In this document: one piece after another, positions 22,769 to 32,477 of the stretch
Numbering within the stretch: position 1 is the stretch's first letter
Layout of the letters: every line of letters starts with the position of its first letter
NCBI GenBank assembly: GCA_049603795.1
Contig: JBMYSY010000011.1
Span: 920-64,919, forward strand
Length of the DNA: 64,000 nucleotides
Source of the DNA: Magnetovibrionaceae bacterium
GTDB lineage: Bacteria > Pseudomonadota > Alphaproteobacteria > Rhodospirillales > JBMYSY01
Reading direction: 5' to 3'
Notes under the pieces: model-generated
Databases searched by the model: none
Told to the model about the DNA's origin: nothing
Seen by the model: the letters and a program-made list of their open reading frames with translations, nothing else
Program-made: the position numbers and the translations under genes

Positions 22769-24907
22769 TTAAACTTGCCCTACCGTCTTGATGCGGGCCT
22801 TGGGGTAAACCTCGTTCTGGGAAATCACCATGGTCATGGGCCGGAAACGTTCGACGATCGAGCGGACAAAGGGCCGGATGGCGGGGCTGGTCAGCAGGAC
22901 AGGGTTTTCGCCCATCATGGCCTGGCGTTCGAAGGTGGTGCGCAGCGCGCCGATGAATTCCTGCAACTTGGTCGGCGGCATGGACAACTGTCGGTCGTCG
23001 CCCTGGCCGACCAGACTTTCGGCAAAGGCCTGTTCCCATTCCGGCGAGAGGGTGACCAGCGGGATGACACCCTGGTCATTGGTGCAGGCGTTGCTGATCT
23101 GGCGCGACAGCCGGGCGCGGACGTGTTCGGTGATCAGGAGCACATTGCGGGTGTGGCCCGTGGCTTCCTGAATACCCTCCATGATGGTCGGCAGGTCGCG
23201 GATCGAGATCCGCTCTGACAGCAGGTTCTGCAGGGTGCGCTGGACGCCGCCCATGGAGATCTGGGCCGGGATCATATCGGCGATCAGTTTCTGCTGTTCC
23301 TTGTCCAGGTCGTCCAGCAGCTTCTGGGTTTCGGCATAGGACAACAGTTCCGACATGTTGTCCTTGATCACTTCCGTCAGGTGCGTGGTGATCACGGTGG
23401 CCGGGTCGACAACCGTATAGCCGCGGAACAGGGCTTCTTCCCGGTTGGCTTCGTCGATCCACATGGCGGGCAGGCCAAAGGTCGGTTCGATGGTCTTCTC
23501 GCCCGGCAGGGTGATGTCTTCGCCGCGTGGGTCCATCACCAGCAGCATGTTTGGCCGGAGGTCGCCCCGGCCGGAATCGATCTCTTTCACCCGGACAACG
23601 TAGGAATTGGCCGGCAGCTGCATGTTGTCCTGGATGCGCACGCTGGGCATCACGAAGCCGATATCGGCTGCGATCTGGCGGCGCAGGGCCTTGATCTGAT
23701 CGGTCAGGCGCTGGCCATCGCGCGGACTGTTGATCAGCGACAGCAGGCCATAGCCCAATTCCAGCCGGATGTAGTCAATGCGCAACGCGGTCGAGATCGG
23801 CTCTTCGGCCACCTTGGGCGGCTCGACCGCCTGTTCGGCCATCTGCACCTGTCGTTCTTTCTCGCGGCGCTTGTTTTCCCGGTCCAACAGAAAGGCCCCG
23901 CCGCCTGCGACAATGCCCAGCAACAGGAAGGGGACAGCCGGAATGCCCGGAATGACCGCGAGAGAGATCAACAGGAAACAGCTGACGCCGAGGGCCTTAG
24001 GTTCACGCGTGAACTGGGCGAACAGCGCCTTTTCCGTAGCACCTTCGGTACCCGATTTGGTCACCATCATGCCGGCGGCGGTGGATACGATCAGCGCCGG
24101 GATCTGACTGACCAGGCCATCCCCGACGGTAAGCCGGGTATAGGTATCGGCGGCATCGATGAAGGCCATGTTGTTCTGGGCCATACCGATGATCATCCCG
24201 CCTAGGACATTGATCACCGTGATCAGCAGGCCCGCGATGGCGTCACCGCGTACGAACTTCGAAGCACCGTCCATGGACCCGAAGAAAGTGCTTTCGTCTT
24301 CCAGTTCCTTGCGTCGGTTCTTGGCCGTGTCTTCGTCGATCAGGCCCGCCGAGAGGTCGGCATCAATGGCCATCTGCTTGCCCGGCATGGCATCCAAAGA
24401 GAACCGGGCCGAGACTTCCGCGATCCGGCTGGAACCCTTGGTGATCACGATGAAGTTCACGATCACCAGAATGGCGAAGACGATGATCCCGATGACGAAG
24501 TTGCCGCCCATGATGAAGCCGCCGAAGGCCTCGATCACCTGGCCCGCCGCATCGGTTCCCGTATGTCCTTCGGCCAGGATCAGCCTTGTGGAGGCGAGGT
24601 TCAGGCTGAGCCGGATCATGGTGGCCAGCAGCAGAACCGTCGGGAAGGCACTGAACTGGAGGGGTTTTTCCAGAAACAGCGAGGTCATCAGGATCATCAC
24701 CGAAAAGGTGATCGAGAATGCCAGAAGCAGGTCCAGCATCCAGGTCGGCAGTGGCAGAATCAGCACCACCAGGATGGCGACCACGCCAAGGGCCAGCATG
24801 ATGTCGCCGCGCCCGAGCGCCCCCATCAGGCGCCCGCGCAGGCGGCTCATATCAACGCCGCCACCGCCGCCTTCGCCGCCTTCCGCTCCTGATCCCGCGT
24901 CAGCCAT
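22769..24907 (-). CDS. flhA: Flagellar export gate protein FlhA
   Basis: This 712-aa protein has an N-terminal 8-TM region (FSAFPTVLLLATMIRLSLN, FVRGDAIAG) and a cytoplasmic FlhA_C domain. Confidence 0.95.
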   Translation of the reverse strand: MADAGSGAEGGEGGGGGVDMSRLRGRLMGALGRGDIMLALGVVAILVVLILPLPTWMLDLLLAFSITFSVMILMTSLFLEKPLQFSAFPTVLLLATMIRLSLNLASTRLILAEGHTGTDAAGQVIEAFGGFIMGGNFVIGIIVFAILVIVNFIVITKGSSRIAEVSARFSLDAMPGKQMAIDADLSAGLIDEDTAKNRRKELEDESTFFGSMDGASKFVRGDAIAGLLITVINVLGGMIIGMAQNNMAFIDAADTYTRLTVGDGLVSQIPALIVSTAAGMMVTKSGTEGATEKALFAQFTREPKALGVSCFLLISLAVIPGIPAVPFLLLGIVAGGGAFLLDRENKRREKERQVQMAEQAVEPPKVAEEPISTALRIDYIRLELGYGLLSLINSPRDGQRLTDQIKALRRQIAADIGFVMPSVRIQDNMQLPANSYVVRVKEIDSGRGDLRPNMLLVMDPRGEDITLPGEKTIEPTFGLPAMWIDEANREEALFRGYTVVDPATVITTHLTEVIKDNMSELLSYAETQKLLDDLDKEQQKLIADMIPAQISMGGVQRTLQNLLSERISIRDLPTIMEGIQEATGHTRNVLLITEHVRARLSRQISNACTNDQGVIPLVTLSPEWEQAFAESLVGQGDDRQLSMPPTKLQEFIGALRTTFERQAMMGENPVLLTSPAIRPFVRSIVERFRPMTMVISQNEVYPKARIKTVGQV

Positions 24908-24945
24908 GGTTATAGAAGGTTGCCTTGATTATGGGAGATGACCGT

Positions 24946-26310
24946 TCAAATGCCGCCGCCTTCACCGGGTTGCGGGACGGAAAAGCCTTCTTCGGAATAC
25001 TGCTTCAGCTTGTTGCGCAGGGTCCGGATCGAAATGCCAAGAATATTCGCGGCATGGGTCCGGTTGCCGAGGCAATGGCTCAGCGTGTCGATGATCAGCG
25101 CGCGCTCAACGTCCGAGACCGTCTGGCCGACCCATCCCACCGTGGGATCGCCGCTCGCCACCGCGGGCTGGGCTGCGGGACCTGCCGGTGTCGCCGGAGC
25201 CGGTGCGCCGGGCGCGCCGGAAAGCAGGATCGCCTCCGGCCCGATGGCTTCACCGGTGGCCAGCAGGACAGCGCGGTGCAGGGTGTTTTCCAACTCCCGC
25301 ACGTTACCGGGCCAGGGGTGGCTTTTCAGCAGCGCCAGCGCCTCGGGCGACAGGGGGCGAGGGGGCACCTTGTTCATTTCGGCGTACTTCTTGATGAAGT
25401 GGGCCGATAGCGGCGCGATGTCGTCGCGTCTTTCGCTCAAGGACGGCAGGTCCAGGTTGACCACGTTCAGCCGGAAATAGAGATCCCCCCGGAAGGTGCC
25501 TTTGGCGACTTCCTCTTCCAGGTTGCGGTTGGAGGTTGCGATCAGTCGCACATCCACCTTGACCGGCTTGTTGCTGCCGACGCGGTCGATTTCGCGTTCC
25601 TGGATGGCGCGCAGCAGCTTGGCCTGCAGGCGCACATCCATCTCGGAGATCTCGTCCAGCAGCAGCGTGCCGCCCGCGGCTTCCTCGAACTTGCCGATGC
25701 GGCGCGACACGGCTCCGGTGAAGGCACCTTTTTCATGGCCGAACAATTCGCTTTCCAGCAGGTTTTCGGGGATCGCCGCGCAGTTGACCGCGATAAAGGC
25801 CCTGCCCGCGCGCTTGGAATTGCGGTGGACGAAACGGGCCATGACCTCTTTACCCGTTCCGCTCGGACCCGTGATCAGAACGCTGGCCTCCGACGGTGCG
25901 ATCTGTTTGGCCAACGTCAGGGTTTGTTCCATGCGTCCGTCCTGGGCGACGAGCGCGTGGCTTTCTTCCGCGATGGCCGAGAGGACGGCGGCGATCAGGT
26001 CCGCATCGGGTGGCAGGGGCACGTATTCCTTGGCACCCGCCTTGATGGCGCGGACGGCGGCCTGGGCGTCGGTTCCGGTGCCGCAGGCGATGACGGGGAT
26101 GTGGATGTGCTCTTCTTCCAGGGCCTTGCAGAGCGTCGCCACGTCCTGGACCACGTCGATCATAACCAGATCGGCTCCGCGCCCGGCCCGGAGTTCCGCC
26201 AGCCCCTGGGCGATCTGATCGACCTGGGAAACCTTGGCCCCCCGGGACATGGCGATCTGGCTCGCCGCGCCCAGTTGTCCGCTTAAGATTCCGATGATCA
26301 ACAATCGCAT
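24946..26310 (-). CDS. Sigma54-dependent transcriptional activator with atypical receiver (FleQ/FlbD-type flagellar regulator)
   Basis: It has an AAA+ core (GPSGTGKE, GAFTGA, LLLDEI), a C-terminal Fis-type HTH, and a receiver-like N-terminus that lacks the acidic DD pair (MRLLIIGILSG). Confidence 0.88.
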   Translation of the reverse strand: MRLLIIGILSGQLGAASQIAMSRGAKVSQVDQIAQGLAELRAGRGADLVMIDVVQDVATLCKALEEEHIHIPVIACGTGTDAQAAVRAIKAGAKEYVPLPPDADLIAAVLSAIAEESHALVAQDGRMEQTLTLAKQIAPSEASVLITGPSGTGKEVMARFVHRNSKRAGRAFIAVNCAAIPENLLESELFGHEKGAFTGAVSRRIGKFEEAAGGTLLLDEISEMDVRLQAKLLRAIQEREIDRVGSNKPVKVDVRLIATSNRNLEEEVAKGTFRGDLYFRLNVVNLDLPSLSERRDDIAPLSAHFIKKYAEMNKVPPRPLSPEALALLKSHPWPGNVRELENTLHRAVLLATGEAIGPEAILLSGAPGAPAPATPAGPAAQPAVASGDPTVGWVGQTVSDVERALIIDTLSHCLGNRTHAANILGISIRTLRNKLKQYSEEGFSVPQPGEGGGI

Positions 26311-26350
26311 GGCTTGGTCTCGTTACACCTTTTGGGGGCCATTGCCCCCG

Positions 26351-27160
26351 TCAGTCAAAATACTGGACCCGTTTGGCCGGCGGTAAAATGCTGTTCAACA
26401 ACATTTCCAACCGGCGGGGGTTTTCCTGTCTGCCGATGGAGGAAGCCCCCATCATGTAAACGTTGTTCAGGAGCAGCTCCTCGGACGAGTTGCGCTCCAG
26501 CTTGGCGGCCAGCGGCGAGAACACCATGTTCGCAAGCACAGCGCCATAAAAAGTCGTCAACAGGGCCACCGCCATGCTGGGGCCGATGCTGGAGGGGTCA
26601 TCCAGGTTGCCCAACATCTGAACCAGGCCGATCAGCGTCCCGATCAGGCCCATGGCCGGTGCGAATTCGGCGGCCTTGCGCAACACACCGGTGCTGGCCT
26701 GGTGGCGCTGGACGGTGGCGTGCATGTCCCGACGCAAAATGTTTTCCACCTCTTCGCCCGAGGTGCCATCGACCACCATGGCCATGCCTTTGTACAAAAA
26801 GGGCTCACTTTCGAGAGAGCCCAACATGTTCTGCATGGCCAGCACACCCTGCTTGCGCGCCACTTCGGCAATCTGAAGAACCTGAACGGCAGCGTCACCG
26901 ACATCCCGGCGGGTGCGAAATACGGTCTTCATGATCACCCGGGTCGTCCGGATCATCTCCCCGAAGGTGAAGCACATCGTGGTGATCGACAGCGTGCCAC
27001 CGATCACGATCAGGATGGAGGGGATATTGATGAAGGATCCAGGAGATCCGCCCAGGACAATTGCCATGGCAACCAGGCCGAAGCCCGACAACAGGCCCAG
27101 CACGGTCGCAAAGTCCATTCCACTGGAGGAGCCGGCTATTTCGTCAGTGCCATTGGCCAT
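26351..27160 (-). CDS. motA: Flagellar stator protein MotA/PomA family
   Basis: It has the four-TM MotA/ExbB architecture and the C-terminal plug/channel motif GLIGTLIGLVQML..ALLTTFYGAVLAN. The start may be ATG 27118 (MDFATVLG). No motB is adjacent. Confidence 0.85.
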   Translation of the reverse strand: MANGTDEIAGSSSGMDFATVLGLLSGFGLVAMAIVLGGSPGSFINIPSILIVIGGTLSITTMCFTFGEMIRTTRVIMKTVFRTRRDVGDAAVQVLQIAEVARKQGVLAMQNMLGSLESEPFLYKGMAMVVDGTSGEEVENILRRDMHATVQRHQASTGVLRKAAEFAPAMGLIGTLIGLVQMLGNLDDPSSIGPSMAVALLTTFYGAVLANMVFSPLAAKLERNSSEELLLNNVYMMGASSIGRQENPRRLEMLLNSILPPAKRVQYFD

Positions 27161-27222
27161 GTGTGTCTGTTCGTCTGCCTGTTATCCGCATGATGGCTTA
27201 TGCTTCGGCTCGAAGAGCGCGA

Positions 27223-27594
27223 TCAGCCCCGATCCGTTTTAATGATTTCCGTCATGGTCACGCCGAGCTTGTCTTCGACCACCACCACCTCGCCACGGGC
27301 AACCAGTCGGTTGTTGACGTAGATGTCGATGGCTTCGCCCACTTTGCGGTCCAGTTCCACAACGGCACCACGTCCCAACTTCAACAACTGGCTGACCTGC
27401 ATATTCGTCTTTCCCAGCACGGCGGAGACCTTCACCGGGATGTCGTAGACCGGCTCCAGGTCGCGACTGGATCGCGGCAGATCGCCGATTTCCGGCATCT
27501 GCTCGTCATAGCCGTCATCCATATCCGCGTCGGGGCTGCCAGCCCTCTGGATGGGTCCCTCAAGGTCGGCCAGATCGAGTGTTTCTTCGGCCAT
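27223..27594 (-). CDS. fliN: Flagellar motor switch protein FliN
   Basis: It has the C-terminal SpoA domain IPVKVSAVLGKTNMQVSQLLKLGRGAVVELDRKVGEAIDIYVNNRLVARGEVVVVEDKLGV. Confidence 0.92.
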   Translation of the reverse strand: MAEETLDLADLEGPIQRAGSPDADMDDGYDEQMPEIGDLPRSSRDLEPVYDIPVKVSAVLGKTNMQVSQLLKLGRGAVVELDRKVGEAIDIYVNNRLVARGEVVVVEDKLGVTMTEIIKTDRG

Positions 27595-27611
27595 GGGCTG
27601 TGCGTCCTACC

Positions 27612-29063
27612 TCACGCCTGAAGACCGGGATCGGAAGGTGCCGATTCCGTTTCTTGCGATTCGCCATCCAGTCTATCACGGGCATCGTCCGCTTGCGCCT
27701 CTTGGACAAGGGCCCCATCGATCTGGTTCTTGTCTGTCTGGTCCTGTCCGTCCACGGGTTCAACTTCCGGGCCGCGCTCTGCAGGGGGGGACTCTCCTTC
27801 CGACGTTTGTTCTGCTTCCGCCTCGATTTCGGCCTCGACGGCGGCGCTCAGGCCTTCTACCAGATCGCGGGCGGCCTGGATGTCATCCATTTCCTGGTGG
27901 CTGAAGCTTTCTTCCAGGCTGCCGGCCTGCCCCTGCTTTGCGGCTTCTTCGATCTCAGCGAGTTCCTCGACTGAGAACATTTCATCGTAATCCACAGGTT
28001 CCAGTTCGGTCATGCCGTCTTCGGGAGAGGCTTCGCCGAATTCACCCTCTTCCAGAGGCGGGGCCTCAGCTTCTTCCGACGCCTCCTCAGACTCGGCCTC
28101 CACGGGGGCTTCCGGCTCGGGGTCCGTCTCGGTCTGCTCCTCTGCTTCGGGCGGTGTCTCTGGATCGTTGCCAGAGTCGTCACCAATATCCTCACCGTCA
28201 GAAGAAGGGTCGGCATCTTCCCCTTCCGCTGCTTCGCCTTCTTCGAGCCCCGCTTCCTCCGGATCGACTTCGTCGAGAGCCTCCTCTTCAGGCTCGGCCT
28301 CCGGTTCGGTCTCCGGCTCGGTCTCCGGCTCGGTCTCCGGCTGGGGCTCAGGGGGCTCGCCCAGGGTGCCCTCGCTGCCGGCCAGATGGCGTTCGATGAT
28401 CTCGTCGATCTGCTGCCAGATGGCCGCCGTGTCGCGATAGGCGGCTCCATCGGCCCATTCGACCTTGCAGTCGCCGGGTTCCAGATTTTCATCGACCACG
28501 ATGGCGACACCACCGGCCTGGACCGATTGAGAGGCCGCCTCCCGCAGGTAGGCCGCCATCTCCTGGGCGAGAGAGGGGTGCAGCCAGATGGTCAGCTTCG
28601 GCTCTTCAAAGGTGAGGTTGAGGGCTTCCTCGACAACGCGGGTCACTTCTCCCAGGGCATTTTTCGCGCTCAGGTCCGGCAATAGCTTGCGGGAAATGAC
28701 ACTGGCAACGGCAACGCCGTCATGCAGGGCCTGTTCCCGGTCCGCGAGGCGATCGGTAAAAAGCTGGCCCATGTTCTGGGCGATCTGGCTAAGGGTTGCG
28801 GCGATGACTTGCGAATGGGCTTCTGTCGCCTGGTTCATGCCCTCCTGGCGGCCCTGTTCAAACCCTTCGGCACGGGCAACACGCAAGTCGTCTTCGCTGA
28901 AGGTCGGCTGTTCCGGTTCCGGCTCCTGAGCCGCCGGATCGGGTGCTTCCGGCTCATCCGTTGCGCCCTCCGACTGCCCGTTCTGGTCCTGCTTTTTTTT
29001 CAGGCGGATGGTCGGATCGTCGTCGAAGCTGCGATCAAACAGGAACTTCTGTACTGTGGACAT
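27612..29063 (-). CDS. fliH: FliH-like flagellar export assembly protein with about 250-aa polyacidic C-terminal extension
   Basis: The first roughly 230 aa resemble FliH/FlbE (ARAEGFEQGRQEG, then a C-domain ending CKVEWADG). The rest is Glu/Asp/Pro-rich (ETEPETEPETEPEAEPEEE...). It sits between fliG and fliN. Confidence 0.75.
   Translation of the reverse strand: MSTVQKFLFDRSFDDDPTIRLKKKQDQNGQSEGATDEPEAPDPAAQEPEPEQPTFSEDDLRVARAEGFEQGRQEGMNQATEAHSQVIAATLSQIAQNMGQLFTDRLADREQALHDGVAVASVISRKLLPDLSAKNALGEVTRVVEEALNLTFEEPKLTIWLHPSLAQEMAAYLREAASQSVQAGGVAIVVDENLEPGDCKVEWADGAAYRDTAAIWQQIDEIIERHLAGSEGTLGEPPEPQPETEPETEPETEPEAEPEEEALDEVDPEEAGLEEGEAAEGEDADPSSDGEDIGDDSGNDPETPPEAEEQTETDPEPEAPVEAESEEASEEAEAPPLEEGEFGEASPEDGMTELEPVDYDEMFSVEELAEIEEAAKQGQAGSLEESFSHQEMDDIQAARDLVEGLSAAVEAEIEAEAEQTSEGESPPAERGPEVEPVDGQDQTDKNQIDGALVQEAQADDARDRLDGESQETESAPSDPGLQA
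28306..28341. repeat. Three perfect tandem copies of a 12-bp unit (TCGGTCTCCGGC) inside fliH
   Basis: The copies are at 28306-28317, 28318-28329 and 28330-28341. They encode the (ETEP)n stretch on the minus strand. The unit is in frame (4 codons). Confidence 0.9.
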
Positions 29064-29122
29064 GAGGCTGAGAGGTTCCTGTTAAAGGGCTTGCGTCCGG
29101 TAGGGCTTGCATCCTGGCCTGG

Positions 29123-30142
29123 TCAGTAGACCAACTCGTCTTCATCACCACCGGCAGCGATCACGATTTCACCGGCGTCCGCCATGGCCTTGGCTACGTT
29201 GACGATGGCCGACTGGGCCTCGTCCACGTCCTTCAGGCGCACAGCGCCCATGGCTTCCATGTCTTCGCGCATCATCTTGCCGGCACGCTCCGACATGTTG
29301 GAGAAGAACAATTCCTTCACGTCGTCGGAGGCACCTTTGAGGGCCATCGCCAACTGATCTTTTTCGATGCCACGCAGCAGGGTCTGGACGCTGCCCGGGT
29401 CCAGGTTGGACAGGTCGTCGAAGGTGAACATCAGTTGCTTGATGCGTTCGGCCGATTCCCGGTTGCGTTCTTCCAGTGCGGTGATGAAGCGGTTTTCGGT
29501 ATTGCGGTCCAGGTTGTTGAAGATGTCCGCCATCAATTCGTGGCTGTCGCGGCGGCTGGTCCGCGCCAGGTTGGTCATGAATTCGGACCGGAGTGTCTTT
29601 TCGACGTGATCCAGGATTTCCTTCTGCACGGTTTCCATGCGCAGCATCCGCATGATCACTTCCATGGCGAAGTTTTCCGGCAGCAGGGACAGCACGCGCG
29701 AGGCGTGGTCGGCCTTGATCTTGGACAGCACGACGGCAACGGTCTGGGGATATTCGTTCTTCAGGTAGTTGGCGAGGACGGCCTCGTTCACGTTGCCGAG
29801 CTTGTCCCACATGGTCCGGCCAGCCGGGCCGCGAATCTCTTCCATGATCTGCTGTACCCGGTCGGCGGGCAGAGACTTGATCAGGAGACGTTCCGTGGAG
29901 TCGTAAGAACCGACAAGGGAACCGGCAGAGGACAGTTGATCGGCAAATTCCACGAAGAGCCGTTCAACCACAGTGGAGCTGATGGAACCGAGCTGGGCCA
30001 TGGTCTGGGAAAGCTCACGGATTTCCTCGTCGTCCATCTTGGCGAAAAGGGCGGCTGACTGGTCTTCCCCGATGGCCAACATGAAGATGGCGGCCTTCTG
30101 GGGCCCTGACAGTGTGCGGTAGTCTTCCTTGACGCGCGCCAT
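29123..30142 (-). CDS. fliG: Flagellar motor switch protein FliG
   Basis: The 339-aa protein shows [17 protein letters not shown], an armadillo-like middle domain, and the C-terminal torque helix region (MFTFDDL..MSERA). Confidence 0.95.
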   Translation of the reverse strand: MARVKEDYRTLSGPQKAAIFMLAIGEDQSAALFAKMDDEEIRELSQTMAQLGSISSTVVERLFVEFADQLSSAGSLVGSYDSTERLLIKSLPADRVQQIMEEIRGPAGRTMWDKLGNVNEAVLANYLKNEYPQTVAVVLSKIKADHASRVLSLLPENFAMEVIMRMLRMETVQKEILDHVEKTLRSEFMTNLARTSRRDSHELMADIFNNLDRNTENRFITALEERNRESAERIKQLMFTFDDLSNLDPGSVQTLLRGIEKDQLAMALKGASDDVKELFFSNMSERAGKMMREDMEAMGAVRLKDVDEAQSAIVNVAKAMADAGEIVIAAGGDEDELVY

Positions 30143-30212
30143 AACCTTCCCTCTCCAAACCCTGTCGGAAACCCAGGTCCCTCACCCGGGCCTCCGGCAA
30201 AACGATAAGGCT

Positions 30213-31868
30213 CTATTCCTGATACATCCAGTTGCGGACAATGGACAGAGCTTCGTCGGGGTGTTTGGTGACGATTTCACTCACTTTCTTGACAGAGGAC
30301 GCTTTCACGCGGCCTTCCACCCGGTCGATGTCGATCAGTTCTTCGTAGTCTTCGTCGTCCGGAGCCGCTTCCGTCGGCACCGGTGCCAGGCCACCCGGCC
30401 CGGTCAGTGCCGGTGCGCCGGACTGGTCGGTGATCATCTTGCCGTCAGGGCCGATGGCTGCGGGCGAGGGCATGGATTCGAAGGCCCGGCTGATCAGGGG
30501 GCGGACAACCAGCAGGATCACCAGGGAGGCCACGATGATCAACACCAGGTATTCGGCCAGCTTCAGAAGGTCCTGCTTGTCGAAGCCCAGGAAGAGGTCC
30601 AGCGGCTCATCCGGTTCCGCATCGATCTGGGCGAAGCGCATCTCGATCACCTGCAGAACGTCGCCCCGGCCTTCATCAAATCCGATGGCACCGGCGACCA
30701 GTTGGCGAATGTTTGCGATTTCCTCTGCCGAGCGGGGCTCATAGGACCAGGTTTCTTCTTCTTCGTCCCAGATGCCTTTCTGGTCGACCAGGACGGAGAC
30801 GGACAGCCGGTCCACCACACCGACTTCGCGGACATGGTTGGTGACCGTCTTGGAAATCCGGAAATTGACGGTTTCCTCGGTCCGGGACTCGGAGCTTTCG
30901 GCGGTCGCGCCGTCCCCGGTGTCCGAAGTGGGATCGGGCAGGTTCTCCCCGACGCTGACCGGCGGGGTGTCCTGTTCGCGGTTGGTGGCGAGTTCTTCGA
31001 TGGTCTGGGTTGATTCCACCACTTGGCCGTCCGGGTCGTAGACTTCTTCGTTGGTGGCGACTCGGGCGAAATCCATCTCGGCAGCCACCTGGGCGCGGAC
31101 CCGACCGACACCGACGGCGCGTTCGAGCATTTGTTCGATGGTCTGGCTGAGCCTGGCTTCGTAGCGACGGCGGCGGTCATCCGCCTTTTCCGCCTGCAAG
31201 GAAACATCGGCTTCGTCATCCACGCCGGCGGCGAGAAGCGTGCCACGATCATCGATGATGGTGATCTGTTGAGGATTCAGGCCCGGGACGGCATTGGCGA
31301 CCAGGTGCTGAACAGCCGCGACTTGGCCTTTCTCGAGCCGCTTTCCACCGCGCATCTTGAGCACGACCGAGGCGCTGGGCTCTTCGCGTTCGCGCGAGAA
31401 CAACTCCCGCTTCGGCAGGACAAGGTGCACGCGGGCCGACCGGACGCTGTCGATGGCCTTGATCGTGCGCTGCAACTCTCCTTCGAGGGCGCGCACCAGA
31501 TTGACGTTCTGGACAAAGTTGGTCGATCCCAGAGCATCCGAGTTGTCAAACAGCTCGTAGCCGATGGAACCGCCACTCGGCAGGCCCTGTTCCGACATGC
31601 GCATGCGCATCGGGCCAACCTGATCGCGCGGAACGAAGATGGCCGTGCCACCGCTTTTGATTTCGTAGGGAACCCCGGCAGCGTCCAACTCGGAGCTGAT
31701 CGAGGAGACGTCCTGTTCTTCCAGATCGGCGTAGAGCTGGCTCAGGCTGGCGTCACCGACGCGGGTCAAAAAGTAAATAAAGAAACCGATCAGACCGAGC
31801 AGAACTGCCCCCATGATGGCGATCCGCGTCGGGCCCAAATTGCGGAGCATCTGCGTAAAGGTATCCAT
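30213..31868 (-). CDS. fliF: Flagellar MS-ring protein FliF
   Basis: The 551-aa protein has an N-terminal TM segment (RIAIMGAVLLGLIGFFIYF), YscJ/FliF ring-building motifs, and a second TM segment near the C-terminus. Confidence 0.95.
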   Translation of the reverse strand: MDTFTQMLRNLGPTRIAIMGAVLLGLIGFFIYFLTRVGDASLSQLYADLEEQDVSSISSELDAAGVPYEIKSGGTAIFVPRDQVGPMRMRMSEQGLPSGGSIGYELFDNSDALGSTNFVQNVNLVRALEGELQRTIKAIDSVRSARVHLVLPKRELFSREREEPSASVVLKMRGGKRLEKGQVAAVQHLVANAVPGLNPQQITIIDDRGTLLAAGVDDEADVSLQAEKADDRRRRYEARLSQTIEQMLERAVGVGRVRAQVAAEMDFARVATNEEVYDPDGQVVESTQTIEELATNREQDTPPVSVGENLPDPTSDTGDGATAESSESRTEETVNFRISKTVTNHVREVGVVDRLSVSVLVDQKGIWDEEEETWSYEPRSAEEIANIRQLVAGAIGFDEGRGDVLQVIEMRFAQIDAEPDEPLDLFLGFDKQDLLKLAEYLVLIIVASLVILLVVRPLISRAFESMPSPAAIGPDGKMITDQSGAPALTGPGGLAPVPTEAAPDDEDYEELIDIDRVEGRVKASSVKKVSEIVTKHPDEALSIVRNWMYQE

Positions 31869-32051
31869 GCCCGTCGATCCTTTTCAAAAAATCCCAGAAT
31901 TCAGAAGACTTTAGCGTCTTTCAATTGACCGGTTCCCCCTTGGCCTCGCTGTAGGCCGCCTGGGAGTTGTCAACATTAAGGAAAGGATGGTGAAGAGAAG
32001 GTTAACGGTGGGTAATTTTTGCCGGGTGCCCGAAATCCGCCGTCCGCGCAC

Positions 32052-32079
32052 AAAAAAACGGCCCCCAGAGGGAGCCGTT
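32052..32079 (-). terminator. Rho-independent terminator after sciP
   Basis: The minus strand reads AACGGCUCCCUCUGGGGGCCGUUUUUUUG. The GC stem (ACGGC/GCCGU plus an inner CCC/GGG pairing) is followed by a U7 run. Confidence 0.7.
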
Positions 32080-32105
32080 CCAATCCGATGTCTTAACGAT
32101 TTGGC

Positions 32106-32393
32106 TCAGGTGCCGCGGCGGTATTCCTTAATGCGCGTGGTGCGCAAGCCCGGCAGGCCATGGTCGTCCAGCAGTCGTTGCCAGGACAAGAATTCATCCA
32201 CGGAAAGCTTGTAGCGATCACAGGCCTCTTCGAGAGTGATGACGCCTGTGCGGACACCGTTGACCACTTCGGCCTTGCGGCGAATAACCCAGCGTTTGGT
32301 GTCGGGCGGCGGCAGGTCCTTCAAGGACCGCGAGCGGCCACCGGATCCAGTCAATACACGAAGGTTTTCGCGGAGTGTTTTACGGTCGGTCAT
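32106..32393 (-). CDS. sciP: SciP-family small CtrA-modulating transcription factor (DUF1153)
   Basis: The 95-aa protein reads LPPPDTKRWVIRRKAEVVNGVRTGVITLEEACDRYKLSVDEFLSWQRLLDDHGLPGLRTTR. This closely parallels Caulobacter SciP as I remember it. Confidence 0.85.
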   Translation of the reverse strand: MTDRKTLRENLRVLTGSGGRSRSLKDLPPPDTKRWVIRRKAEVVNGVRTGVITLEEACDRYKLSVDEFLSWQRLLDDHGLPGLRTTRIKEYRRGT

Positions 32394-32462
32394 GTTCTGT
32401 CCGTTCCCCTGGCACGTCTAAGAGCGAAATCGGTCAACGCACACAAAGTAGGGCCGGAGCCT

Positions 32463-32477
32463 TTAAAGAAACGCTAA
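32463..32477. promoter_or_regulatory. Near-consensus CtrA box (TTAA-N7-CTAA) upstream of sciP
   Basis: The sequence TTAAAGAAACGCTAA matches 7 of 8 consensus positions. It lies 70-84 nt upstream of the sciP ATG. Confidence 0.3.

Noticed and set aside
27760-28400. Repetitive acidic-codon DNA in fliH (and Pro/Ala repeats in cheR, cheA and fliK), as possible CRISPR or other interspersed repeat arrays.
   Set aside because: The repeats are short, contiguous, in frame, and lie within well-supported ORFs. There is no repeat-spacer periodicity and no cas genes.
32002-32016. TTAA-N7-TAAT upstream of fliF, as a CtrA box.
   Set aside because: Only one perfect half-site (TTAAC) is present and the second half has two mismatches. 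It is plausible but not supportable without a matrix scan or conservation data.
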